NCBI GenBank assembly: GCA_036802895.1
Contig: DAIRVJ010000001.1
Coordinates: 13,363-56,515, forward strand
From: Candidatus Nanopelagicales bacterium
GTDB lineage: Bacteria > Actinomycetota > Actinomycetes > Prado026
Direction of reading: 5' to 3'
Length of the DNA stretch: 43,153 nt
In this document: in pieces, positions 1 through 12,386 of the stretch
Layout of the letters: each line of letters begins with the position of its first letter
Position numbering within the stretch: position 1 is the stretch's first letter
Position numbers and translations under genes: made by a program
Notes under the pieces: model-generated
Databases searched by the model: none
Seen by the model: the letters and a program-made list of their open reading frames with translations, nothing else
Told to the model about the DNA's origin: nothing

Positions 1-1982
1 TCGCCGGCCTTGCGCGCGCTGCGGCCGGCCTGGCCCGCTCGCAGGGCGGCGGACAGCGCCGCACCGTCGGCCCGCGGCGCCCGGACCAGCGCCCGCGCCC
101 GCTCCGGGTCGCCGGTCTCGTCGGGCAGCGGGCCGAGCACCCGGGCGGACGGCGGCAGCCGCAGGGCGCCCAGCAGGTCGGCGACGGCCTCGGCCGGGCC
201 GGTCAGCTCCGCCAGCCGCACCGCCGGAGGGAGCCCCAGCCGCTCCCGCTCGGCCAGGTCGCGGGCTGCTGCCCCGGCCGGGTCCCAGCGCAGCAGGGCC
301 TGGACCGGGGCCAGCTCGGCGTCGGCCAGCACGACGACCCGGCCGCCGTCGGTCCCTGGACGGACGAGGGAGGCGGCGACCAGCCAGCGGCGCAGCGCCT
401 CCTCGCCGGCCCGCAGGTCGGCCCGGCCGAGCAGCGCCCACCCGTCGAGCAGCAGGGCCGCGGCGTACCCCCCGTCGGCGACCGGCTCGGCCCCGGGGGT
501 GGCCACCACCAGGGCGGGGCGCGGGCCGACCGAGCCGAGGACGCCGTCGCCGCCCGAGCGGACCACCGGCACCCCCGGGAACGCCCGGCCGAGCTCCTCG
601 GCCGTGCGCCCCGCACCGACCACCGCCGCCCGCAGGGCGACGCCGTCGCAGGTCGGGCAGCGCCAGCCGCCAGCCGTACGGCCGCACCAGCGGCACGACG
701 GCAGCCCGGCCCCGGACCGCAGGGCGAGCGGCCCCGCGCACTCCGGACAGCGCGCGGGGGCTCGGCAGGTCTCGCAGGCCAGCGCGGGCAGGTAGCCCCG
801 CCGGGGCACCTGCACGAGCACCGGCCCCAGCCGCAGGGCGTCCTGGGCGACCCGCCAGGCCTGGGTGGGCAGCCGGGCGCTGCGCGCGGCCGGGTCGGCG
901 GCGAGGTCGGCGTCGCTGCCCGCGGCCCGTACCTGCGGCGCCGCCGCTCGGACCACCGCCCTGGGCGCCTCGACCGGGTGCGCCCAGCCGGTGTCGAGCA
1001 GCAGCTGGGCCTCCGCGGTCCGGGCGACGCCGCCGAGCAGCAGCGCGGCCTGCTCGAGGTGGGAGCGCAGGGTCAGCACCTCGCGAGCGTGCGGGTAGGG
1101 CGCGTGCCGCTCGGCGTGCAGGTCGTCGCCGTCGTCCCAGAGCACGAGCAGGCCCAGGTCGGCCACCGGCGCGAACATCGCGGCTCGGGTGCCGACGACG
1201 GCGCGCACGGCCCCCCGGCGGACGGCGAGGAACCGGCTGAAGCGCTCCCGCGGCCCCGCGTCGGCGGTCAGCTCGACGTGCCGGCCAGGCCCGCAGGCAG
1301 CGGCGACCGCGGCACCGATCCGCGTCACGTCGCGGTGGTCGGGGACGACGACGAGCGCGCCCCGGCCGGCCGCCAGGGCCACCGCGACCGCCCGACCGAC
1401 GTCGTCGACCCACCCGGGGCCGGGCAGGGCGGTCCACACGGCCCGCGGCGCCCGCCCGTCGCGAACCCCGTGGAGGAACGCCGGACCGGCGGGGTAGGCC
1501 GACCAGCCGGCCGGGTCCGGGGCCGGCGGCGGCAGCACCGGGTCGGCCGACGGCCGTGCCTCGGCGGCGGCGTGCCGGGGAGGGACGGCGAGCCGCAGCA
1601 CGTCGGCGAGGGTGCCGGCGTACCGGTCGGCCACCTCGCGCGCCAGCGCCCCGATCGCCGGGCTGAGCACCGGCTCGGGGGACACGACCCGGTCCAGCCG
1701 GGCCAGCCGCCCGCCGTGCGCGGACTCCGCCACCCGCTCGAGCAGGAACCCGCCGACCAGCTGTCCGGAGAAACGGACCCTGACCCGGCACCCGGGCACC
1801 GCGGCGGCGTCCATCGACGAGGGGACCAGGTAGTCGAACGGGCGGTCCAGGTGGGCGAGCGGGACGTCGACCGCGACCCGGCCGACCGGCCGGTCGGCTG
1901 CTGGCGCGTCCGGCGGCTTCGGCCGGGCCCGGCGGACCCGCTCGCGCACCAGCGCCAGCTGCTCCGGCCGGGACCCGCTCAC
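1..1982 (-). CDS. priA: Primosomal protein N-prime (PriA), 3'-end cut by window edge
   Basis: Absent from the ORF track because it has no stop in the window. My reverse translation from GTG (comp. 1980-1982) reads VSGSRPEQLALVRERV..VAVDVPLAHLDRPFDYLVP..GTRAAMFAPVADLGLLVLWDDGDDLH. A PriA-type Cys cluster follows: LACETCRAPARCPECAGPL..CRWCGRTAGGWRCPTCDG (comp. ~650-782). It lies downstream of metK, as usual in actinobacteria. Confidence 0.85.
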   Translation of the reverse strand, partial: MSGSRPEQLALVRERVRRARPKPPDAPAADRPVGRVAVDVPLAHLDRPFDYLVPSSMDAAAVPGCRVRVRFSGQLVGGFLLERVAESAHGGRLARLDRVVSPEPVLSPAIGALAREVADRYAGTLADVLRLAVPPRHAAAEARPSADPVLPPPAPDPAGWSAYPAGPAFLHGVRDGRAPRAVWTALPGPGWVDDVGRAVAVALAAGRGALVVVPDHRDVTRIGAAVAAACGPGRHVELTADAGPRERFSRFLAVRRGAVRAVVGTRAAMFAPVADLGLLVLWDDGDDLHAERHAPYPHAREVLTLRSHLEQAALLLGGVARTAEAQLLLDTGWAHPVEAPRAVVRAAAPQVRAAGSDADLAADPAARSARLPTQAWRVAQDALRLGPVLVQVPRRGYLPALACETCRAPARCPECAGPLALRSGAGLPSCRWCGRTAGGWRCPTCDGVALRAAVVGAGRTAEELGRAFPGVPVVRSGGDGVLGSVGPRPALVVATPGAEPVADGGYAAALLLDGWALLGRADLRAGEEALRRWLVAASLVRPGTDGGRVVVLADAELAPVQALLRWDPAGAAARDLAERERLGLPPAVRLAELTGPAEAVADLLGALRLPPSARVLGPLPDETGDPERARALVRAPRADGAALSAALRAGQAGRSARKAG

Positions 1983-2015
1983 GGTCCCCTTCCTACCAGC
2001 GGCCCCCGACCCCCC

Positions 2016-2069
2016 GAGACCTGTCAGGGTGACGACGACCCATGGGTCGTCGTCACCCTGACAGGTCTC
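2016..2069 (-). terminator. Perfect 54-nt palindrome (27-bp arms) overlapping the metK stop codon; candidate terminator or RNA-processing hairpin without a U-tract
   Basis: Every pair i+j=4085 from 2016/2069 to 2042/2043 is complementary: GAGACCTGTCAGGGTGACGACGACCCA|TGGGTCGTCGTCACCCTGACAGGTCTC. In the minus-strand RNA it is followed by GGGGGG, not U. Confidence 0.6.
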
Positions 2070-3285
2070 AGAGGCCCGCGGCGGAGCGCAGCGCGTCGAC
2101 CCGGTCGGTGCGCTCCCAGGTGAAGTCCGGCAGCTCGCGGCCGAAGTGCCCGTAGGCGGCGGTCTGCGCGTAGATGGGACGCAGCAGGTCGAGGTCGCGA
2201 ATGATCGCCGCCGGACGCAGGTCGAACACCTCGACCACGGCCTGCTGGATCCGGCCGTCCGGCAGCGCGCCGGTGCCGAACGTCTCGACGAACAGCCCGA
2301 CCGGGTGCGCCTTGCCGATCGCGTACGCCACCTGCACCTCGCAGCGCTCGGCGAGCCCGGCGGCGACGACGTGCTTGGCGACCCAGCGCATGGCGTAGGC
2401 ACCGGAGCGGTCGACCTTGGACGGGTCCTTGCCGGAGAACGCGCCGCCCCCGTGCCGGGCCATCCCGCCGTACGTGTCGATGATGATCTTGCGACCGGTG
2501 AGCCCGGCGTCGCCCATCGGGCCGCCGACCTCGAACCGCCCGGTGGGGTTGACCAGCACCTGGAAGTCCGAGATGTCCAGGTCCAGGTCGTGGTCGAGGC
2601 CGAGGCCGAGGTCGGCGAGCACCGGCCGAACGACGAACTCCTCGACGTCCGGCTGCAGCAGCGTCTCCAGGTCGATGTCGCTGGCGTGCTGGGTGGACAC
2701 GACGACGGTGTCCAGCCGGACCGGACGCTGGCCGTCGTACTCGATGGTCACCTGGGTCTTGCCGTCGGGACGCAGGTAGGGGATCACGCCCTCCTTGCGC
2801 ACCGCGGTGAGCCGCTGGGCCAGCCGGTGCGCCAGCGTGATCGGCAGGGGCATCAGCGCCGCCGTGTCGCGGCAGGCGTAGCCGAACATCAGACCCTGGT
2901 CACCGGCGCCCTGCCGGTCCAGCGGGTCGGCGGAGTGGTCGTGCCGCTCCTCGTAGGCGTCGTCGACGCCCTGGGCGATGTCCGGCGACTGCGACCCGAT
3001 CGAGACCGACACCCCGCAGGAGTTGCCGTCGAAGCCCTTCTTGGACGAGTCGTAGCCGATCTCCAGCACCCGCTCGCGCACGATGGTCGGGATGTCGGCG
3101 TAGGCCTCGGTCGTCACCTCGCCGGCGACGTGCACGAGCCCGGTGGTCACCAGCGTCTCGACGGCGACCCGGCTGCGCGGGTCCTCCTTCAGCAGGGCGT
3201 CGAGGACGGAGTCGCTGATCTGGTCGGCGATCTTGTCGGGATGGCCCTCGGTGACCGACTCGGAGGTGAACAGGCGGCGCGACAC
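2068..3285 (-). CDS. metK: S-adenosylmethionine synthetase
   Basis: 405 aa from GTG: [59 protein letters not shown] lies upstream. The 811-aa track ORF is an out-of-frame over-extension into coaBC. Confidence 0.97.
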   Translation of the reverse strand: MSRRLFTSESVTEGHPDKIADQISDSVLDALLKEDPRSRVAVETLVTTGLVHVAGEVTTEAYADIPTIVRERVLEIGYDSSKKGFDGNSCGVSVSIGSQSPDIAQGVDDAYEERHDHSADPLDRQGAGDQGLMFGYACRDTAALMPLPITLAHRLAQRLTAVRKEGVIPYLRPDGKTQVTIEYDGQRPVRLDTVVVSTQHASDIDLETLLQPDVEEFVVRPVLADLGLGLDHDLDLDISDFQVLVNPTGRFEVGGPMGDAGLTGRKIIIDTYGGMARHGGGAFSGKDPSKVDRSGAYAMRWVAKHVVAAGLAERCEVQVAYAIGKAHPVGLFVETFGTGALPDGRIQQAVVEVFDLRPAAIIRDLDLLRPIYAQTAAYGHFGRELPDFTWERTDRVDALRSAAGL

Positions 3286-3296
3286 GGTGCTCCTCT

Positions 3297-3326
3297 TCTT
3301 CGGCTGCTCGACTCTTCGGCTGCTCG
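3297..3326 (-). repeat. Two exact 14-nt direct repeats (TCTTCGGCTGCTCG, period 16) in the coaBC-metK spacer
   Basis: Copies at 3297-3310 and 3313-3326. In the mRNA sense this is CGAGCAGCCGAAGA x2, and the promoter-distal copy runs into the metK Shine-Dalgarno. Confidence 0.6.
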
Positions 3327-3359
3327 GCCGGCGGCGTCGGCGCAGTCTAACCGCCCGGG

Positions 3360-4571
3360 TCAGGACCATCGCTTGACGACGAGGTCCCAGACCACGTCGG
3401 CGAGCGCCTCCTTGGGCCCCAGGGCCACGTCGGTGCGGCTGCCGTCGGCGCCCAGCACCACCGCCTCGTTGTCGGTCGACTCGAACCCGGCGTCGGCCCC
3501 GACCCGGTTGACGACCAGCAGGTCGCAGCCCTTGCGGGCCAGCTTGGCCGCGCCGTGCGCGAGGACGTCGTCGGTCTCGGCGGCGAACCCGACCACGACC
3601 TGCCCGGGCCGGGCGCGCGCCGCGGACAGCTCGGCCAGGATGTCGGGGGTGCGGGCGAGCACGATCGGCTCCGGGTCGGCCTCGGTCTTCTTGATCTTGG
3701 TCGGGCTGGTGGCGGCCGGCCGGAAGTCGGCCACCGCCGCCGCCATCACCACGGCGTCCGCAGCGGCCGCGGCGACCAGCACCGCCCGGCGCATCTCCTC
3801 GGCCGTGGTGACCCGCACGACCTCGGCCCCCGGTGGGTCGGGCAGCGCGACGTTGGCGGCGACCAGGGTGACCTCCGCCCCCCGCGCGAGGGCGGTAGCG
3901 GCCAGCGCGTACCCCTGACGGCCCGACGAGCGGTTGCCCAGGAAGCGCACTGGGTCGAGCGGCTCGCGGGTGCCGCCCGCGCTGACGACGACCCGGCGTC
4001 CACCGAGGTCGCGCCCCCGCGCGGCCCCACCGAGGACCTGCCGGCAGAGCGCCGCGATCTGCTCGGGCTCGGGCAGCCGCCCGGCCCCGGAGTCCGCACC
4101 GGTGAGCCGACCGACGGCGGGCTCGATGACGTGCACGCCGCGGCTGCGCAGGGTGGCCACGTTGGCGCGGGTCGCCGGGTGCTCCCACATCTCGGTGTGC
4201 ATCGCGGGGGCCAGCACGACCGGGCAGCGCGCGGTGAGCAGGGTGGCGGTGAGCAGGTCGTCGGCCAGGCCGTGCGCCATGCGGGCCAGCAGGTCGGCAG
4301 TCGCCGGGGCGACGACGACCAGGTCGGCGTCCTGGCCGATCCGCACGTGCGGCACCTCGTGGACGTCGTCCCAGAGGTCGGTGCCGACCGGGTGCCCGGA
4401 CAGGGCGGCCCAGGTGGCCGCGCCGACGAAGCGCAGGGCCGCCGGCGTGGCGACGACCTGCACGTCGTGCCCGGACTCGGTGAGCTGGCGCAGCAGCTCG
4501 CACGCCTTGTAGGCGGCGATCCCGCCGCTGACGCCAAGGACGACCCTGGCGACCCTGGTCGGGCGGGTCAT
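3360..4571 (-). CDS. coaBC: Bifunctional phosphopantothenoylcysteine decarboxylase / phosphopantothenate-cysteine ligase
   Basis: 403 aa from ATG: [55 protein letters not shown]. Confidence 0.95.
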   Translation of the reverse strand: MTRPTRVARVVLGVSGGIAAYKACELLRQLTESGHDVQVVATPAALRFVGAATWAALSGHPVGTDLWDDVHEVPHVRIGQDADLVVVAPATADLLARMAHGLADDLLTATLLTARCPVVLAPAMHTEMWEHPATRANVATLRSRGVHVIEPAVGRLTGADSGAGRLPEPEQIAALCRQVLGGAARGRDLGGRRVVVSAGGTREPLDPVRFLGNRSSGRQGYALAATALARGAEVTLVAANVALPDPPGAEVVRVTTAEEMRRAVLVAAAAADAVVMAAAVADFRPAATSPTKIKKTEADPEPIVLARTPDILAELSAARARPGQVVVGFAAETDDVLAHGAAKLARKGCDLLVVNRVGADAGFESTDNEAVVLGADGSRTDVALGPKEALADVVWDLVVKRWS

Positions 4572-4591
4572 GCCGGTGCCCCGTGCCGGGT

Positions 4592-4855
4592 CTACTCGTC
4601 GACCGGTTCGGCGGTCAGCAGGCCGGCGTTGATCTCGCGCAGCGCGATGGACAGCGGCTTCTCCTGCACGTGCGTCTCGACCAGCGGTCCGACGTACTCG
4701 AGCAGGCCCTCGCCGAGCTGGGAGTAGTACGCGTTGATCTGGCGCGCGCGCTTCGCGGCGTAGAGGACGAGGCTGTACTTGGAGTCGGTGGCCTCGAGGA
4801 GCTCGTCGATGGGCGGGTTGGTGATGCCCTCGGGAGCAGCAGCAGTGCCGGACAA
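4592..4855 (-). CDS. rpoZ: DNA-directed RNA polymerase subunit omega
   Basis: 87 aa: ..[50 protein letters not shown]. The start codon is TTG (comp. 4853-4855) with GAAGGG upstream. Confidence 0.92.
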   Translation of the reverse strand: MSGTAAAPEGITNPPIDELLEATDSKYSLVLYAAKRARQINAYYSQLGEGLLEYVGPLVETHVQEKPLSIALREINAGLLTAEPVDE

Positions 4856-4891
4856 GGGGGGCCCTTCGGTCGGCTCGGGGTGGCGGTTGGC

Positions 4892-5473
4892 CTAGTCGGC
4901 TGCGACCTGGTCCGCGCAGCCCATCAAGATTAGCAGGCGGTCGACGACCTGCCGGACCGTCGTGTTGACGATCGTCACGTCGAAGTCCGCCTCGGCGGCC
5001 AGCTCGGACCGGGCCGCCTGCAGCCGCTGCTCGACCACGTCCGGCGGCTCGGTGCCCCGCCCGGTCAGCCGGCGCACCAGCTCGTCCCAGCTCGGCGGCG
5101 CCAGGAACACGAACAACGCCTCGGGCATCCGGGTGCGCACCTGCCGGGCCCCCTGGACGTCGATCTCCAGCAGCACCGGCACCCCCGCGGCCAGGTGCTC
5201 GAGCACGCCCGCGGTGGGCGTGCCGTACCGGTGGCCGGCGAACGTCGCCCACTCGAGCAGCTCGCCGTCGGCGACCAGCCGGTCGAACTCGACGTCGTCG
5301 ACGAATCGGTAGTGGACGCCGTCGACCTCGCCCGGGCGCGGGTGCCGGGTCGTCGCCGAGACCGACAGCCACAGCCGAGGGTGCCTGGCCCGGATCTCCC
5401 GGACCACGGTGGACTTGCCCACGCCCGACGGGCCGGACAGCACGGTCAGCCGGGGCGGTCCCGCGTCAGGCAC
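4892..5473 (-). CDS. gmk: Guanylate kinase
   Basis: 193 aa with P-loop [12 protein letters not shown]. The GTG start overlaps the mihF end by 8 nt. Confidence 0.93.
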   Translation of the reverse strand: MPDAGPPRLTVLSGPSGVGKSTVVREIRARHPRLWLSVSATTRHPRPGEVDGVHYRFVDDVEFDRLVADGELLEWATFAGHRYGTPTAGVLEHLAAGVPVLLEIDVQGARQVRTRMPEALFVFLAPPSWDELVRRLTGRGTEPPDVVEQRLQAARSELAAEADFDVTIVNTTVRQVVDRLLILMGCADQVAAD

Positions 5474-5783
5474 CGCCGAACTCGCGCTCCAGCATCGCGA
5501 CCTGCTGGGCGCCGAGTCCCCGGACCCGCCGGGTCTCGGAGATGCCGATCTCGGCCATGATCTGCCGGGCCCGCACCTTGCCCACCCCCGGCATCGCCTC
5601 CAGCAGGGCGGAGACCCGCATCTTGCCGATCGCCGCGTTGGTGTGCCCCTGCCGCAGCACGTCGGCGAGGGACGCCCCCGCGTGCTTGAGCCGGTTCTTG
5701 ACCTCGGCCCGCTCGCGGCGGGCGAGGGCGGCCTTCGCCAGGGCCGCGGCCCTCTGTTCGGGCGTCAACGGGGGCAGTGCCAC
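5466..5783 (-). CDS. mihF: Actinobacterial integration host factor MihF/sIHF
   Basis: 105 aa: (M)[60 protein letters not shown] start. Confidence 0.92.
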   Translation of the reverse strand: MALPPLTPEQRAAALAKAALARRERAEVKNRLKHAGASLADVLRQGHTNAAIGKMRVSALLEAMPGVGKVRARQIMAEIGISETRRVRGLGAQQVAMLEREFGGA

Positions 5784-5826
5784 GACGGGTCACCTCGGCC
5801 AGGTCGGGTGCGGGACGCCCCGGAAC

Positions 5827-6501
5827 CTAGCGAGTCGGGTCCGCCGGGGGCAACGTCTCGGCCCGCCGGCGTCCCTCGCGCAGGAACTGCAGCGCGTGCG
5901 CGACCCCTGAGATCTGCTCGGCCGTCCGGGCCGCGCCGAAGGGTGCGTTCCAGAACGGGTCGCCGGACGGCGGGCCGTCCCAGGGGCCGACGTAGAGGTA
6001 CGGCTGCGGGATCGTGTCGTCGCCCGGTGAGGCGCCGTAGTTGACCCGGTCGACCGCGGTGCCGACGTCGAAGTGCTCCGGCCAGATCCAGACCTCGACG
6101 GCGTCGCCGCCGGGGATCTCGGCCAGGAGCGCGGCGATGGCGTCGAAGCCGAGCTGCCACCACCGGGCCAGCTCGGCCACCGCGGCGGGGTCGAGCTCCA
6201 GCGGGGCGTCGGCGTCCGGCACGTCGTCCGGGACGCCGGCCAGGCGGGCCGCCGCGCGCAGGGTCGTCAGCGGCGCCCGCTGCTCGCCGGTGGCGTCACG
6301 GACGACCAGCTCGAGGCCGTCGACGCCGACCACCCGCCCGTCGTCGCCGAACGGCGGCGTCGCGAACCCGCCGGGGGCGGGCACCAGGCCGATCCGGCCG
6401 GTGACGGCCCGGCGGGCGGGGCTCACCACGTGCTCGGCGAGGCGGTGCAGGGTCAGCCTCGTGCGGACCAGATCGGTCGGGCCGGCCGGGTTCGTCGTCA
6501 T
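5827..6501 (-). CDS. Hypothetical protein, function unknown
   Basis: 224-aa ORF with ATG start, 26 nt after pyrF. G/C-rich third codon positions. I recognise no family motif (contains ..VWIWPEHFDVGTAVD..PQPYLYVGPW..). Confidence 0.7.
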   Translation of the reverse strand: MTTNPAGPTDLVRTRLTLHRLAEHVVSPARRAVTGRIGLVPAPGGFATPPFGDDGRVVGVDGLELVVRDATGEQRAPLTTLRAAARLAGVPDDVPDADAPLELDPAAVAELARWWQLGFDAIAALLAEIPGGDAVEVWIWPEHFDVGTAVDRVNYGASPGDDTIPQPYLYVGPWDGPPSGDPFWNAPFGAARTAEQISGVAHALQFLREGRRRAETLPPADPTR

Positions 6502-6527
6502 CCCGCGACGCTACGCCGGTGCGTCGG

Positions 6528-7223
6528 TCAGGGGCCAGCCAGGTGGGCGGCCAGCACCCGGGCCGCCTCGGCGGGGTCGTCGGCCGCGGTGATCGGCCGG
6601 CCGACGACGAGCAGGTCGGCGCCGTCGGCCAGCGCCTGCTCGGGGGTGGCCACCCGAGCCTGGTCGCCGCTCGCGGTGCCGACCGGCCGCACCCCTGGGG
6701 TGATCAGGGTGACGTCGGGGCCGACGACGGCGCGCACGGCCGCGACCTCGCGCGGGGAGCAGACCAGCGCCCGGGCCCCGGCGTCCACGGCGAGCACGGC
6801 CAGCCGCCGGGCGGCGTCCAGCGACGGGCCGGCCAGCCCGACCGCGGCGAGGTCGGCGTCGGTGAGGGAGGTGAGCACCGTCACGGCGGCCACCCGGCAG
6901 CCGGGCAGCGCGTCGGCGGCGGCGCGCACCATGGCCGAGCCGCCGCTGGCGTGCACGGTCAGGAAGTCCGGCTCCAGGTGGGCCACCGACGCCGCAGCCC
7001 CGGCCACCGTGGCGGGGATGTCGTGCAGCTTGAGGTCGAGGAACAGCGCCCGTCCCCCGCTGGCGGCCCGGACCTGATGGACGACCGACGCCCCGTGCCT
7101 CAGGTAGAGCTCGAGCCCCACCTTCACGGTCGAGACGTGCGGGCCGACGGCGGCCGCCCAGGCGACGGCGGTCTCGGCCGCGGCGGTGTCGAGCGCGACC
7201 GCGACCGGTGCGCGGCCGCTCAC
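6528..7223 (-). CDS. pyrF: Orotidine-5'-phosphate decarboxylase
   Basis: 231 aa: ..VKVGLELY..LFLDLKLHDIPATV..VLTSL. GTGA overlap with the pyrD stop. Confidence 0.93.
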   Translation of the reverse strand: MSGRAPVAVALDTAAAETAVAWAAAVGPHVSTVKVGLELYLRHGASVVHQVRAASGGRALFLDLKLHDIPATVAGAAASVAHLEPDFLTVHASGGSAMVRAAADALPGCRVAAVTVLTSLTDADLAAVGLAGPSLDAARRLAVLAVDAGARALVCSPREVAAVRAVVGPDVTLITPGVRPVGTASGDQARVATPEQALADGADLLVVGRPITAADDPAEAARVLAAHLAGP

Positions 7224-8269
7224 GGCCGGCCGCCGGCCGGCGTGGTCGCCGGCTCGGGCGCCTCGCGCGGATCGGCGGTGGTCTGGTGCTCGGCCAGCGC
7301 GCGGTGGGCGTGCCCGACGGCGTCGGCGAACCGGACGAACCCGCGTTCGCCGAGCGCGCGCTGCAGCTCGTGGGCCACCCGAAGCGGCGCGCGAGGGTCG
7401 TTGAACACCACGGTGCCCACCGAGACCGCGCTCGCCCCGGCGAGCACGAACTCCAGCGCGTCCAGTCCGGTGCGGATTCCGCCCATCCCGAGGATCGGCA
7501 CGTCCGGCAGCGCGGCGTGCACCTGCCAGACCGCCCGGACGGCGACCGGTCGGATCGCCGGGCCGGACAGCCCGCCGGTGGTCCCCGCCAGCGCCGGTCG
7601 CAGGGTGTCGGTGTCGATGACCATCCCCAGCAAGGTGTTGATCATGGAGAGCCCGTCGGCGCCGGCGCCGACCACCGACTCCGCGATCGAGACGATGTCG
7701 GTGACGTCCGGCGAGAGCTTGGCCAGCACCGGCACCCCCGGGGCGGTGGCCCGGCGGACGGCCGACACCACCTGGGCGGCCGCGTCTCGGTCGCAGGCGA
7801 AGACCTCGCCGCGGTCCTCGACGTTGGGGCAGGAGATGTTCACCTCCACCGCGGCGACCCCGTCGGCGTGCCGCAGCCGCTGGGCCAGCTTGGTGTACTC
7901 GTCGACGGTGCCGCCCGCGATGGACACCACGGTGCGCGCCCCGCGACCCCGCAGCCAGGCCAGGTCACGCTCGAGGAACTCGTCGATGCCCGGGCCCTGC
8001 AGCCCGATCGAGTTGAGCATGCCGCTCGGCGTCTCGGCCATCCGCGGGGTCGGCCGGCCGGACCGCGGCCGCAGCATGATCGACTTGGTGACCACCGCGC
8101 CGATCTCGGTGATGTCGAAGAACTGGTCGAGCTCGCGGCCGGCCGCGGCGCAGCCGGAGGCGGTGAGCACCGGCGACGGGAGGTCGAGCCCGGCCAGCCG
8201 GGTGGCCATGTCCACCTCGGGCAGGGGCGTCTCGCCCGGGCGATCCGTGGTGATCCGCATCCGGGTCAT
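7220..8269 (-). CDS. pyrD: Dihydroorotate dehydrogenase, class 1B catalytic subunit
   Basis: ATG at 8269 overlaps the pyrK stop (ATGA). Motifs LPSPVLTASGC..SIMLRPRSG..NSIGLQGPG..NISCPNV..GGLSGPAIRP. An alternative start (MATRLAG) lies at 8209. Confidence 0.9.
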   Translation of the reverse strand: MTRMRITTDRPGETPLPEVDMATRLAGLDLPSPVLTASGCAAAGRELDQFFDITEIGAVVTKSIMLRPRSGRPTPRMAETPSGMLNSIGLQGPGIDEFLERDLAWLRGRGARTVVSIAGGTVDEYTKLAQRLRHADGVAAVEVNISCPNVEDRGEVFACDRDAAAQVVSAVRRATAPGVPVLAKLSPDVTDIVSIAESVVGAGADGLSMINTLLGMVIDTDTLRPALAGTTGGLSGPAIRPVAVRAVWQVHAALPDVPILGMGGIRTGLDALEFVLAGASAVSVGTVVFNDPRAPLRVAHELQRALGERGFVRFADAVGHAHRALAEHQTTADPREAPEPATTPAGGRP

Positions 8270-9107
8270 GCGGGGGCTCCGACGGTGCCGGTCGGGATCG
8301 TGCCGACGTCGTCCCAGCGCACCCGCTCGCCGTTGAACACCGGCCCGTCGACGCAGGAGCGGACCATCCGGGTGGTCCCGTCGTCGCCGACGACCGGCAG
8401 GACGCAGGTCATGCAGACCCCGATCCCGCAGGCCATCGCCTCCTCGACGGCGCACTGGCTGTGCGCCCCGTAGGCCGTGGCGATCTCGCTGACCGCCTTC
8501 AGCATGCCCATCGGGCCGCAGGCGTAGACGACGTCCGACCCGGACCGCTCGACCATCTGCGGCAGCACGTCGGTCACCAGCCCGCGCTCCCCCAGCGAGC
8601 CGTCCTCGGTCGTGATGGCCACCTGGGTGGACATCCGCTTGGCCTCCAGCGCGCCGAACAGCCGGGCCTCGGTGGCCGCGCCGAGCACGAAGTCGACCCG
8701 GCACCCCCGCCGGCGCAGCTGCTCGGCGAGGGAGAACAGCGGCGCGGAGCCGTACCCGCCGCCGACCAGGGTGGCGGTCACCGGCTCCTTGGGCAGCGCG
8801 AACGGACGACCGAGCGGGCCCACCACGTCGATCGGGTCGTGCGGGCGACGGCGCGCCAGCCAGGCCGTCCCGCGGCCGTGCACGGCGAACACGATCTCGA
8901 CCGTCCCGCCGTACACCCCCCGCTCCTGCACCCGGTAGATCGAGAACGCCCGGCGCAGCAGCATCGAGGAGTCGTCGCCGCCGACGGCCAGCGCCACGAA
9001 GTGCCCCGGCCGGGTGCCGTCGGCGATGCCGGGCGCGACCAGGGTGAGCGCGTGGTAGTCGCCGACCCGCCGGGTCGACAGCACCTCGCCGCGCACCTGC
9101 ACCGGCA

Positions 9108-9108
<1 letters not shown>
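8266..9108 (-). CDS. pyrK: Dihydroorotate dehydrogenase electron-transfer subunit (FAD/2Fe-2S)
   Basis: 280 aa: ..LLRRAFSIY.. and a C-terminal Cys cluster CAVEEAMACGIGVCMTC. Confidence 0.9.

Positions 9109-12385
<3,277 letters not shown>

Positions 12386-12386
<1 letters not shown>

Noticed and set aside
2016-2069. The 54-nt palindrome as a MITE, an IS terminal inverted repeat or an attachment site.
   Set aside because: It is a single copy in the window, with no flanking direct repeats, no transposase or integrase, and no interrupted gene. A transcript-level hairpin is the simpler explanation.
978-2123. 381-aa plus-strand ORF antisense to priA. Similar long antisense ORFs lie at 2146-3918, 6519-8336, 9381-12431, 20592-23180, 23211-25214 and 33024-35234.
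   Set aside because: These are shadow ORFs, expected at this G+C because stop codons are A/T-rich. Their translations are Arg/Pro/Gly/Ala low-complexity with no motifs, and the opposite strand encodes unmistakable conserved enzymes.
3286-3359. Possible SAM riboswitch upstream of metK.
   Set aside because: Only 74 nt separate the coaBC stop from the metK start, which is too short for the known SAM aptamers as I recall them. I saw no aptamer-like stems. A covariance-model search would settle it.
2068-4503. Track ORFs much longer than the real genes. Examples: an 811-aa metK, 670-aa coaBC, 450-aa carA, 553-aa pyrC, 535-aa trpA, 545-aa trpB, 597-aa trpE, 382-aa hisF and 443-aa hisC.
   Set aside because: The N-terminal extensions run out of frame through the upstream gene and translate to Arg/Gly/Pro-rich sequence. 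Homology-consistent starts coincide with GTGA or ATGA overlaps with the upstream stop codon.
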